Shown: positions 9,282-17,935 of the stretch, one piece after another
Numbering within the stretch: the stretch's first letter is position 1
How the letters are laid out: every line of letters starts with the position of its first letter
Source: an uncultured Pseudomonadota bacterium
GTDB lineage: Bacteria; Myxococcota_A; Polyangia; Fen-1088
Length of the DNA: 64,000 bases
Assembly: GCA_963847705.1 (NCBI GenBank)
Contig: CAWKBC010000041.1
Span: forward strand, 1-64,000
Direction: 5' to 3'
The notes under the pieces: generated by a model
What the model was told of the DNA's origin: nothing
Database searches by the model: none
What the model saw: only the letters and a program-made list of their open reading frames with translations
Program-made: the position numbers and the translations under genes

Positions 9282-10412
9282 ATGTACAAGCTCGACCACT
9301 ATCTCGGCATGATGCGCGATCGCCGCCGGATCGAGGCCCACGCTGAGGCCGTGCGGCGCGTGGTCAAACCTGGCGACGTGGTGCTCGACCTCGGGGCGGG
9401 GACCGGGGTGCTCTCCTTCATGGCCGTGCGCGCGGGCGCCGGACGGGTCTACGCCGTCGACCCCCATCCGATCATCGAGATCGCCCAGGAGGTCGCCGCC
9501 GCCAACGGGTTGGCGGAGCGCATCGCCTTCATTCAGGCCGACGCCCAGACCGTCGAGCCACCGGAACAGGTCGACTGCCTGATCGGCGACGTGCGCGGCG
9601 CCCTGCCGATCCTGGGCGACAATCTCGACCTCTGGGAGCGGGTGCGCCGCCGATGGTTGCGTCCAGAGGGGAAGACCATTCCGGTGAGCGACGACATGTT
9701 CGTTGCCGTGGTCGCCGCGCCGAAAGCACACGCGCGCGTCGTCGACTGGGGCGAGCCACGCCCTGAGGCCCACTACGACGTCGTTCGTCAGTTCGCCTCG
9801 GACATGACGTCATCCGCGAGATTCGATCCGGGAGAGGTCGTCTCGGCGGCGCAGAAATTCTGCTCTGTCCGCTACACGCAGGAGAACCCGAGAAAGTTCC
9901 AGCGCGAGCTTCGATTCGAGGTGAACGGCGACGTCACCATCACCGGATTGGCCGCCTGGTTCTCGGCGACGCTCGCAGAGGGTGTCTGGTTCGACACCTC
10001 GCCCGGGTCGGGGACCATGATCTACGGCCAGGCGTTCTTTCCATTGAGCAGACCGAGGCCCGCGCGCAAGGGCGAGGTCATCGTGGTCGATCTGGCGGCA
10101 CATCGGATATCGTCCAATACAATCTGGAACTGGCGCATCGGAGCAGAGACCGACCCCCGCTGGGAAGAGAGCCACTCCACGTTCCGAGGCGAAGCCTTGG
10201 GCCTCAACCGTCTGTCATTGATGGAGGGGACCCGATCTCCCGCATTGTCGACCGAGGGTGTCCTGGTCCGCCAGATTCTGAACGCCGTCGACGGTGAGAC
10301 GTCGGCGCGAGCGATCGCCGAAGCCATCGCCGCCGCTGGAGCGAACAGCCTCTCGTCCGTGGACGAGGCGCTCTCTCAGGTGATCCGGGTGATGGGGCTG
10401 TACGCAAAGTGA
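9282..10412 (+). CDS. PRMT-like class I SAM methyltransferase with C-terminal helical extension
   Basis: HYLGMMRDRRRIEAHAEAV, VVLDLGAGTGVLSF, VYAVD, PEQVDCLIGD, LRPEGKTIP, TGLAAWFSATL (PRMT beta-barrel-like). Confidence 0.82.
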   Translation: MYKLDHYLGMMRDRRRIEAHAEAVRRVVKPGDVVLDLGAGTGVLSFMAVRAGAGRVYAVDPHPIIEIAQEVAAANGLAERIAFIQADAQTVEPPEQVDCLIGDVRGALPILGDNLDLWERVRRRWLRPEGKTIPVSDDMFVAVVAAPKAHARVVDWGEPRPEAHYDVVRQFASDMTSSARFDPGEVVSAAQKFCSVRYTQENPRKFQRELRFEVNGDVTITGLAAWFSATLAEGVWFDTSPGSGTMIYGQAFFPLSRPRPARKGEVIVVDLAAHRISSNTIWNWRIGAETDPRWEESHSTFRGEALGLNRLSLMEGTRSPALSTEGVLVRQILNAVDGETSARAIAEAIAAAGANSLSSVDEALSQVIRVMGLYAK

Positions 10413-10465
10413 ACGGGCCGGTCCCCGAAGCCCCGCGCTTCAGCTTATTCACGTAGACTCGTCCT

Positions 10466-12013
10466 GTGAGTCTCAAGACTCGGCGCGTCCTCCTGATGGT
10501 CGCGATGGGAGCGATCGTCTTCGAGCCCTTCCTGTTCGCCGGATCGTTCGCTGGTGACGCCGAGGTTCATCTCGTCTTTGCCGAGAGCGCCTCCCACGGG
10601 AGGTTCTTCGAGTTCAACCCGGGAGAGCGCGTCTCCGGCGAGACGAGCCCAGGCTACATGTTGCTGGGCGCGGCTCTGTTCCACGTGATGCCCGCCCACT
10701 GGGTCCCTGTCGCGTTGAAGTTGCTCGGACTCGGGGCGTGGTACCTGCTCTGCTGGCTGGTCTACCGCGTCGCCACGAGCATCTTCGCTGCCGACGGCGA
10801 GGAACGCCGCGCCTGGCCAGCGGTCGCCGCGGTGACGGCCGCGCTCATTCCCGGGTCCGTCTACAACGCAAACGTCGGGATGGAAAATGGTCTGTTCGCG
10901 GCGGTTGTTTGGTGGTGGATCGAGCTCGCCGATCGATGGAGCTGGTTCCGCCCCGCGGAGCCTCGGGCGGAGGAAGGGCCGCTCGGCCGAGAGCTCGCGC
11001 TGGCCACCTTGCTGGGCGTCTCGTGCTGGCTGCGCCCCGAGGGATTCGTGCTCGCCGGTGCGGCCCACGCCTCTCGATATTGGACGGCGCGGCCTCGAGC
11101 GCGGCGCTGGCTGGCCGGACTGTCCCTGGTCGTCGTCATCGGGCTGGCGAGCGTCGTCTTCCAGTTCGCCTGCACCGGTGACTGGGTCGCGACCTCCATC
11201 CTCTCCCGCCGTGTTCTGACGATGTCGAGATCTCTGTCCCTGGGGCCGCTGGCCATCGACCCCACGTTTGCGGGGCGCCTGCTCCTCTATTTCCCTTTGA
11301 CGGCCTGCTTCGTCTGGGGTGTTTGCCGACGGCAGAGCCCTGGTTCCGAGCTGGAGAAGTTCCTTCTGACGTTGCTGGCCCTCTTCTTCGTTTTCTACAC
11401 GTGCGTCACCGGTTCCGCCCAGCTCAGCCGCTACGTGATCTTCTTGATGCCAATCTTCGCCATCGGCGCGGCGCACGGTGCGCGTGCTCTTTGGGAGAGC
11501 GGAGAGCGCAACCAGCGGCAGCTGCTGGCAGTCGCGGCCCTGGTATTCGGCGTCACCAATGTCGCCGAGCTCTGGTACCGTCGAGGGCACTACTCACAGG
11601 ATCTCCTCAGCAGCGCCATGACAGCCCCTCGAGAGCGCCGGGCGCAGACTGATGCTCTCCTGAACGAGCTGGACCAACCATCGAAGCGCCCCGTCGTTCT
11701 GGCGTTGGAGGCCGTTCAGGCCCGATACGAGCTGGACGGCCGGATCACGATTCGGTCGCTCGACGGGCGCGTCGACCGCGCCCTGCTGGCGTTCGTTCAC
11801 GCCGGCGCAATCGACCATATCGGATATCTCAAGGCGCGCGGCGTGGACTACCTTTTCAAGCCGCCGTCATACAATCGGGATCTCTCGGTCTGGTCCCTCT
11901 CGGACCTGGCCACCCTCAAACCTGGCGAAGCCGTCCGTCGTGACGGGCTGCGGTTGCGGCGTCTCACCTCGGCGGCCTTCGCCGTCGAGACAGCAGATTC
12001 GCCGGCCCGCTGA
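10466..12013 (+). CDS. Polytopic membrane protein, probable GT-C fold glycosyltransferase (ArnT/PMT-like)
   Basis: Many hydrophobic segments; GDAEVH, FNPGERVSGETSPGY, GMENGLF, LRPEGFVL, RYVIFLMP motifs. Confidence 0.6.
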   Translation: MSLKTRRVLLMVAMGAIVFEPFLFAGSFAGDAEVHLVFAESASHGRFFEFNPGERVSGETSPGYMLLGAALFHVMPAHWVPVALKLLGLGAWYLLCWLVYRVATSIFAADGEERRAWPAVAAVTAALIPGSVYNANVGMENGLFAAVVWWWIELADRWSWFRPAEPRAEEGPLGRELALATLLGVSCWLRPEGFVLAGAAHASRYWTARPRARRWLAGLSLVVVIGLASVVFQFACTGDWVATSILSRRVLTMSRSLSLGPLAIDPTFAGRLLLYFPLTACFVWGVCRRQSPGSELEKFLLTLLALFFVFYTCVTGSAQLSRYVIFLMPIFAIGAAHGARALWESGERNQRQLLAVAALVFGVTNVAELWYRRGHYSQDLLSSAMTAPRERRAQTDALLNELDQPSKRPVVLALEAVQARYELDGRITIRSLDGRVDRALLAFVHAGAIDHIGYLKARGVDYLFKPPSYNRDLSVWSLSDLATLKPGEAVRRDGLRLRRLTSAAFAVETADSPAR

Positions 12014-12015
12014 AC

Positions 12016-12044
12016 TTGACACGGCCGGGAGCCTTCCAAACACT
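12016..12044 (+). promoter_or_regulatory. Possible sigma-70-type promoter for the RRE and RRE-kinase genes
   Basis: TTGACA-N17-AACACT ending 9 nt before ATG 12054; perfect -35, weak -10. Confidence 0.3.
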
Positions 12045-12053
12045 GTCTGTTCC

Positions 12054-12335
12054 ATGAAGGATGATCCCCGAGCCCCGCTGGCCCCTCCGGCGGTCGTCAT
12101 GCAGCCCACCGAGAGCGGTGCGGTTCTGATGGACCCGGTGACGGGCGACTGCTTCGAGCTCAACCGACTCGGCGCCGAGATTTGGAGCCTCCTGGCAGCA
12201 GGTGATTCGTCCTCGCAGATCGCGACCAAGCTGGCCCTCAGATATGAGGTCCCCGAGATGACGGTCGCGGCCGACGTGCAGACCCTGGTCGCCGATCTGG
12301 CGCGACATGGTCTCCTCGACCTTCGGGACCGATGA
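12054..12335 (+). CDS. PqqD-family RRE protein
   Basis: AVLMDPVTGDCFELNRLGAEIWSLL..IATKLALRYEV..ADVQTLVADLARHGLL. Confidence 0.9.
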   Translation: MKDDPRAPLAPPAVVMQPTESGAVLMDPVTGDCFELNRLGAEIWSLLAAGDSSSQIATKLALRYEVPEMTVAADVQTLVADLARHGLLDLRDR

Positions 12336-13318
12336 CCAGAATCGCGCATCACGCGCTGCTGAAGTTCGACGCCGCAGCCCTGCTACTGGATCTGCGATCG
12401 GGCGGTCTTTTCCAGCTGAACGAATCGGCGACCTTCGTCTGGGAACACTGGCTGGGGGAGATGACCACCGGGGAGATCGCATCGGCGCTCGCCCAGACTT
12501 ACAGACTCCCCCTCGAGACCGCCGGTGAGCACGTCGCGGCGGCGCTGGCGAGCAAGGCGATCGCGGCTCCGCCACCCACCGAGTTCGTCTACGAGCGTTG
12601 GGCGAACCGGTACCTGTTTTCCCGCGGGGCCGAGTCGATTCTGACCGTCGACGATCGGGGCGGCGCGATCGCGCTCGCCGAATCCTCGCCGATCGCGGTC
12701 GATGACCTCCGCAACGTGTTGCTGGCGATCTCGCCCAAGCTCCTGGCGCTGCGCGGTCACTGCGTGCTGCACGCCTCCGCGGTGCTGCTGGGGAGCGAGG
12801 TCTTGGCATTCTGTGGCGAGAGCGGCGCGGGAAAGACGACGACCGCGCGAGCGCTGGCGCAGGCAGGCGCCAGCCTCGTTTGCGAAGACAAGCTGGTGAT
12901 CCAGAGGCGAGGCGATTGCGTCGAAGCGGTGACCGGCATCGAGGCGATGCTGTTGCGCTGGTCGCAGGCGGCGGCAGAGACCCTGCTGACTGGCACGGCG
13001 GCCCCTTGCCCCGATCTCGATCACTCGGACGGCCGCCAGCCTCTTGCCCTGCGCGAGATCGGGTTCATCGATGCGACGCGCCGCAAGGGTGGAGAGATCG
13101 CGGCCGTCCCGCTGACCCCGCTGGCAGGCGCTGCCGGTGTCTTTCGTAACACCTTCTACGGCTCCGACGTCTCAGGCGACTGGGCGCGACAGCTCCACCT
13201 GGCCGGGGAGATCGCCCACCGAGTCGCCACCTACGAGCTCACGATGCCGGCCGGGACGGAGCGGCTGCCGGCGGCGGCGGCGAATCTGGCGCGGCGGGGA
13301 TCGCTCAGATCGCGATGA
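12332..13318 (+). CDS. RRE (PqqD) domain fused to HPr-kinase-like P-loop kinase
   Basis: N-terminal LLLDLRSGGLFQLNESATFVWE..IASALAQTY; then VLHASAV..FCGESGAGKTTTA..LVCEDKLVI; ATGA overlap with the upstream RRE gene. Confidence 0.82.
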   Translation: MTRIAHHALLKFDAAALLLDLRSGGLFQLNESATFVWEHWLGEMTTGEIASALAQTYRLPLETAGEHVAAALASKAIAAPPPTEFVYERWANRYLFSRGAESILTVDDRGGAIALAESSPIAVDDLRNVLLAISPKLLALRGHCVLHASAVLLGSEVLAFCGESGAGKTTTARALAQAGASLVCEDKLVIQRRGDCVEAVTGIEAMLLRWSQAAAETLLTGTAAPCPDLDHSDGRQPLALREIGFIDATRRKGGEIAAVPLTPLAGAAGVFRNTFYGSDVSGDWARQLHLAGEIAHRVATYELTMPAGTERLPAAAANLARRGSLRSR

Positions 13319-13691
13319 CTGCGTCGTAGCGCTCGGTCGCCGGATCGGACTCCAGCCAGGCGTGGCCGGACCCCGGTCGGCCGCCCAGCTGCAGACCGGC
13401 GAAGAACCGCTCGCGCGCAGCGCCTCCGTCGAGCGCAATCTCGATCAGCGCCCGCCGCACGCAGTTCTGGCCGCCCGGCAACCGCCGGTCGACCGCGCCA
13501 ATCAGCCGCTTCAGTCGTCTGCGCGCAGCCGGAGAGCGTGCCCCGCGCGCGACACCGCCGCACCGGGCCACGGCCACCGCCCGATGGAGGCTCAGCTCCC
13601 GTCTCCATCGATCGACCAGGGGGATGAGCCGTACCACCCCCCAAAGATCCCGGGCCAGCCCGGGAGCGCCTCTCAAACCAGACGAGGACAT
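13305..13691 (-). CDS. Lasso peptide leader peptidase B2 (transglutaminase-like)
   Basis: NCVRRAL (catalytic Cys) and GHAWLE (catalytic His); directly downstream of the precursor. Confidence 0.85.
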   Translation of the reverse strand: MSSSGLRGAPGLARDLWGVVRLIPLVDRWRRELSLHRAVAVARCGGVARGARSPAARRRLKRLIGAVDRRLPGGQNCVRRALIEIALDGGAARERFFAGLQLGGRPGSGHAWLESDPATERYDAVIAI

Positions 13692-13716
13692 GGCCCCGAA
13701 CAAACCTCCCGAGGCC

Positions 13717-13905
13717 TCAGCCAGCTTGGTTCGGTTTGATCGTCGGATTCGCGTCCGGAGAGGTCCCGGTGCTGCCGGCGAGCAGATCTCTCGCGTTCCC
13801 CACCAGAGTCAACGTCGGCGCTTCATATCGCGAAACGGGCGAACCCACACGCTCGCCCATCGAACCTGCCGGGACTTCGCCATTTCCACTCTTGGGATCG
13901 CTCAT
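13717..13905 (-). CDS. Lasso peptide precursor, 62 aa; predicted core GSTGTSPDANPTIKPNQAG
   Basis: Leader YEAPTLTLVGNARDLLA matches YxxPxLxxxG; Gly1 and Asp8; GGAG upstream of ATG; sits between cyclase and B2. Confidence 0.88.
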   Translation of the reverse strand: MSDPKSGNGEVPAGSMGERVGSPVSRYEAPTLTLVGNARDLLAGSTGTSPDANPTIKPNQAG

Positions 13906-13909
13906 CTGG

Positions 13910-15787
13910 TCAGCTCCGGCCACTATTGTAATTGAAAACCCCGCGAAGCCAAGCCTCAAGACCGCCAAGCGCCAGGACCGTGGAGAGGCTCTGTGCCGGG
14001 AGTGTGGCGCCACCATTCAGCGCGGTCTCGAACATTGCGCGCGCGATCCCGCGATCCACGAATGGGGAGCTCACCCACGCACCCGTCCGAAAGAAAGGAG
14101 CCAGGCTCGGAACGGTGCGTCGCGCCGTGGCCTTCCAGACGTCGGTCCACGGTTTCTGGCCCCTGCGACCCGCGAACTCGGGCGGAAGGAGCGGACCGAG
14201 GGCGTCCCGTCCGGTGCGTCGGTGATGCCCCCGCGGATCCCGTTGCGCCCAGGGGAGGGCCATGACGCATTCGATCAGTCGAACGTCCGCGTGCGGCAGG
14301 CGAACCTCGAGACCGTCCTCGCTTCCGTAGTCGGTCATCCCTTCGATCTGCGCTCCCGTGCGGGGGCGTGTGAGCCGCGCCCAGAGATCCGCCAGCAGGT
14401 GTGAGGACCAATCGACCGAGGGGAGCTCGAGCAGCTCCGCTGAAGGGGGATAGATCTCTCGCAGGCGAGGGCCCATCCACTCGGGAGGGGGCGCGAAACC
14501 ACCCTCGAGCCGATGCGCGATCGTTGGGGCCAGGGCCGGATTGAGGATGCCGAGCCCCCAGTCGATGGTGTGTCGAAGCGCCGAGAAGCCGAGCCCCGCG
14601 CGACGCACGTGGCGAAGCACGATGTCCAGCCGCGCACGGCGGACGAAGTCGCGCAGGACGCCTCCGGCGTACCAGACCTCGTCTCCCATGAACCCCGAGA
14701 CGAGGACGCGGGCGCCCTTCTGCCGTGCAATCTCCAGATCACGCCGAGGGCCCCCGGCCAACCCGATCCGGACAGTGGGCGCACCCCGGAAGACACCAGG
14801 GAACGACGAGGAGGTCTCCTCGATGATGTTCCAGCGAAGCCCTTCGAACGAGACACGCGACGCGACCGCGTCCATGTAGTTCGACTCGTCGCAGGCGAAC
14901 CCAGGCGCCAAGGCCGAGACCATGATCAGCGGCGCGCGGCCGGGTTCGGATCGGTAGACCTCCTCTGCGGCCATGAGGATGGTGCTCGAATCGAAGCCGC
15001 CACTCGAATGGGCCACGATCGGATGGTCGGACTCGAGTCGATCGCGCACCGCTCTCCGAAACACACTCCGCAGGCGTTCACAGTTCTCGTCGTACGACAG
15101 AGAGGTATCGGGCGTCGCCGGCGGCATCCAGTACCGACTCTCCACCACCTCACGCGCGGTCGCGATCAAACGGTGGCCTGGCCGAAGGCGAACGAAACCT
15201 CGAAAGAGTGTCCGTCTTGGATCGGACACATGCTCGCTCAGCAGATCCAGAATCTGAGGGGCGGCGAGCTCGTCCAGCGGATCGTTCAGCAGCGGCATGA
15301 GCTGATGCAGCCGAGAGGCCACGACGATCCCCTCGGACGCCTTTCGAAAGAACAGGGGTCTCGTCCCCAGATGGTCCCGTGCGGCGAACAGGATTCGCCG
15401 ATCGTCGTCCCAGGCCGCGAAGGCAAAGTCGCCGACCAGATGGCGTGGACTCTCCGGGCCCCAGCGCAGGTAGGCCTGCCTTGCCAGCTCGAGATCCGCG
15501 CACTCTCCTTGTGACGCGGCTATCCCCAGCTCGGCGAGCAGCTCGGGACGGTTGTAAAGACGCACGTCGCCGCAGAACAAGAGCCCGCGGGCGGCATCCC
15601 AGGAGGGCGCCGCCTGCTCATCGCGCCGGACCACGGCCCATCGGCTCAGACCGGCGGCGCCGTGAGGCGACTCGGCGAACCTGGTGCCCTCGGACGGATC
15701 CAGTGGAGGCGCCTCGAAAAGGCGCCGGGCAGTTGCCCTCACCGGCGGGCCGTCGACGAAAGCTGCCGCTAGTCCAAAGACAAACAC
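13910..15787 (-). CDS. Lasso cyclase (asparagine synthetase-like C protein)
   Basis: RLYNRPEL, GDFAFAAWD, ARDHLGTRPLF, HSSGGFDSS, SGFMGDE, EVRLPHADVRL; no N-terminal catalytic Cys. Confidence 0.88.
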   Translation of the reverse strand: MFVFGLAAAFVDGPPVRATARRLFEAPPLDPSEGTRFAESPHGAAGLSRWAVVRRDEQAAPSWDAARGLLFCGDVRLYNRPELLAELGIAASQGECADLELARQAYLRWGPESPRHLVGDFAFAAWDDDRRILFAARDHLGTRPLFFRKASEGIVVASRLHQLMPLLNDPLDELAAPQILDLLSEHVSDPRRTLFRGFVRLRPGHRLIATAREVVESRYWMPPATPDTSLSYDENCERLRSVFRRAVRDRLESDHPIVAHSSGGFDSSTILMAAEEVYRSEPGRAPLIMVSALAPGFACDESNYMDAVASRVSFEGLRWNIIEETSSSFPGVFRGAPTVRIGLAGGPRRDLEIARQKGARVLVSGFMGDEVWYAGGVLRDFVRRARLDIVLRHVRRAGLGFSALRHTIDWGLGILNPALAPTIAHRLEGGFAPPPEWMGPRLREIYPPSAELLELPSVDWSSHLLADLWARLTRPRTGAQIEGMTDYGSEDGLEVRLPHADVRLIECVMALPWAQRDPRGHHRRTGRDALGPLLPPEFAGRRGQKPWTDVWKATARRTVPSLAPFFRTGAWVSSPFVDRGIARAMFETALNGGATLPAQSLSTVLALGGLEAWLRGVFNYNSGRS

Positions 15788-15844
15788 AATCGCCAGCGCG
15801 CCCGGTTTCTCAAGCCGGCGCCAGCCCGGAAGGGGCCAGGGCTC

Positions 15845-17872
15845 TCAGTAGAATACGACGACTCGCCCCACCTTGCCGGGCGCAAACTCGCCGATGGCGA
15901 AGTCGGCGTATCCATCCTCGTTGGAGTCGACAATGAGGCTCATCCCTCCGTAGCCCTCCCAGTTGCCCGGGAAGTGATTCGGGGCCTTGACGATCGAGGG
16001 GACCACAGCGGCTTGAGCGGCCGCCACGTCTACGATTCCCGACATCGAGGCGAGGGCGTTCCCGTTCACGATGTAGATCGGCGTGCCCGTTTCGGACTGT
16101 CCGGCCACCACGAGATCCGGAACCGTGTCGCCTCCGATGAACGAGACACCTTGCGAAGTCCCTTTGACGCCTCCGCCAAGATTCACGACGCCGAACGAGT
16201 TGCCCGCCGTGGTGTCCTCCAACCGTACGGTGGGAGCCGGCGCGCTTCCGGATGCGCCCAGGAGCGGTCCCATCGACGCAGTACCCAAGTTGACGTCCAC
16301 GAACGGCGGAGTTGCGGAGGTCGCAGCGACCGATACGGCGCCCGGACCTCCGATCGACCCCAGGAATCCAAGATCGAATCCGTAGAAGTCGGCGGCGGTC
16401 GTGACCGTCGAGTCGTTCGCCCCGCTCGCGGTCAACACACCCGTCGGGGCCTGTCCCGCGAACGCGTAGATTGCGCTCGCGCCGGGCGCCGACGTGACCA
16501 GCGAGGCCCCGGCCGGGCTGGGGAAGAACTGGCCGATGCCGATGGTCGTCAGGCCCAAGAACCCGCCCGCGACCGTCCCGTCGACTTCGATGGTCCCGGC
16601 GCCGGGGATCGTCCCTGACGCAAACGCGCTGCTGCCCTTCACGATGAGGAGACTCCCGGCGTTCGTCTTGGCCAGGGCGAAGCCAATCGCCAGATCGTCG
16701 GACCCGCTTCCGTCGAAGTTCCCGAGCCGCGCCATTCCCGCCGGCTGGATCGACCCCACTCCGCCGGCAAACGTCCCGTCGGCGGTCAGAATGTAGTTCG
16801 CCTGCGTGTCTGTCAGCGTCGCGGGCCAGCTGTTCGTCGTTCCCCAGGAGGAGGGCGGGTTCTTGCGGCTGAAGATGTAGATCTTCCCGCCGCCGCCGTC
16901 GTTCGGCGACGCGATCGCGATATCGGCAAGCCCGTCTCCATCCAGGTCACCCGCGTTGACGACGGCCTGGCCAAAGTCAGCGACCGTCCCCGTGATCGTG
17001 ATCGAAGGTGTCGAGGCATATCCAGCCGCGGTGCCGAAGTAGATGTAGGCATGATTGCCGCCGTCAGCGCCGACAATCAGATCGGAGAACCCGTCCGCCG
17101 TGAAGCTCAGGCTTCCCGCCGTTCCGAAGTCCCCGGAGCCGTCGAGATCCTGCCCGATTCCGTCGGTGCCGGTTCCAGAGAGCGTGGTCGTCAAGAACTG
17201 CGCCTCGACGGCGACGGCGGTGGCCATGATGGTCCCACGCGTCCCGGAGCCGTCCTTGCCCACGATGGCAAAGTAGTAGCCCTGCTCGATGTTGAGGTTC
17301 TTGACGACCATTCCATCGAGCTTGCCAGGCGCCGCGGGCACGCCCGTGTATGCGACCGTCAAGGTCACGGTGGTGTCGTCGAAATTGGCGGTCGTGATGG
17401 GAACCTTGGCCACCCGAATGTCGTAGCCGGCGACCGTCCCGCCCGTGCCGGTCGCCGGTGCGGGCCAGGTGAGGCTGAAGGAGGTTTGACGCCGATCCAG
17501 AACGACGGCGGTCAGTTCGAGAGGAACCGCCGCGTCGGTGCCGCCGTCGGTTTCGGATTTCCCAGCGCCGCCGCCCTGACCGCCGGTTCCACTGCCCGCG
17601 CTCCCCGCAGGACCACCGGAGGCGCCGCCCGCGCTGCCCGCAAGACCACCGGCGCCGCCGCCCGCGCTGCCCGCAAGACCGCCGGCGCCGCCGCCCGCGT
17701 TGCCCGCAAGACCGCCGGCGCCGCTGCCCGCGCTGCCCGCATGACCGCCGGAGCCCGTGCCTGCGCTTCCTGCATGACCGCCGGAGCCCCCGTTACCAGA
17801 CCCACCGCCGCATCCGCCAACGACGAGAATCCCTACCAGCGAGAGAAATCGAAACTGCGACGACCTTCCCAT
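15845..17872 (-). CDS. Lipoprotein with Gly-rich linker, FN3-like domain and FG-GAP (integrin-alpha-like) repeats
   Basis: Lipobox LVVGGC; GGSAG repeats; LTWPAP..GYDIRVAK; DFGQAVVNAGDLDGDGLADIAI, NFDGSGSDDLAIG, DSNEDGYADFAIG. Confidence 0.8.
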   Translation of the reverse strand: MGRSSQFRFLSLVGILVVGGCGGGSGNGGSGGHAGSAGTGSGGHAGSAGSGAGGLAGNAGGGAGGLAGSAGGGAGGLAGSAGGASGGPAGSAGSGTGGQGGGAGKSETDGGTDAAVPLELTAVVLDRRQTSFSLTWPAPATGTGGTVAGYDIRVAKVPITTANFDDTTVTLTVAYTGVPAAPGKLDGMVVKNLNIEQGYYFAIVGKDGSGTRGTIMATAVAVEAQFLTTTLSGTGTDGIGQDLDGSGDFGTAGSLSFTADGFSDLIVGADGGNHAYIYFGTAAGYASTPSITITGTVADFGQAVVNAGDLDGDGLADIAIASPNDGGGGKIYIFSRKNPPSSWGTTNSWPATLTDTQANYILTADGTFAGGVGSIQPAGMARLGNFDGSGSDDLAIGFALAKTNAGSLLIVKGSSAFASGTIPGAGTIEVDGTVAGGFLGLTTIGIGQFFPSPAGASLVTSAPGASAIYAFAGQAPTGVLTASGANDSTVTTAADFYGFDLGFLGSIGGPGAVSVAATSATPPFVDVNLGTASMGPLLGASGSAPAPTVRLEDTTAGNSFGVVNLGGGVKGTSQGVSFIGGDTVPDLVVAGQSETGTPIYIVNGNALASMSGIVDVAAAQAAVVPSIVKAPNHFPGNWEGYGGMSLIVDSNEDGYADFAIGEFAPGKVGRVVVFY

Positions 17873-17935
17873 GAGCGCACCCCCCTTGGCCGACGGTTGT
17901 TCGTTGCACCTTCGACAAGTCGTCGTTTATCACCT

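Noticed and set aside
8959-12335. PQQ biosynthesis (pqqD)
   Set aside because: No pqqA/B/C/E or radical SAM gene; the context is lasso RRE.
13910-15787. Housekeeping asparagine synthetase asnB
   Set aside because: No N-terminal catalytic Cys, and it is directly followed by a lasso precursor and B2 peptidase.
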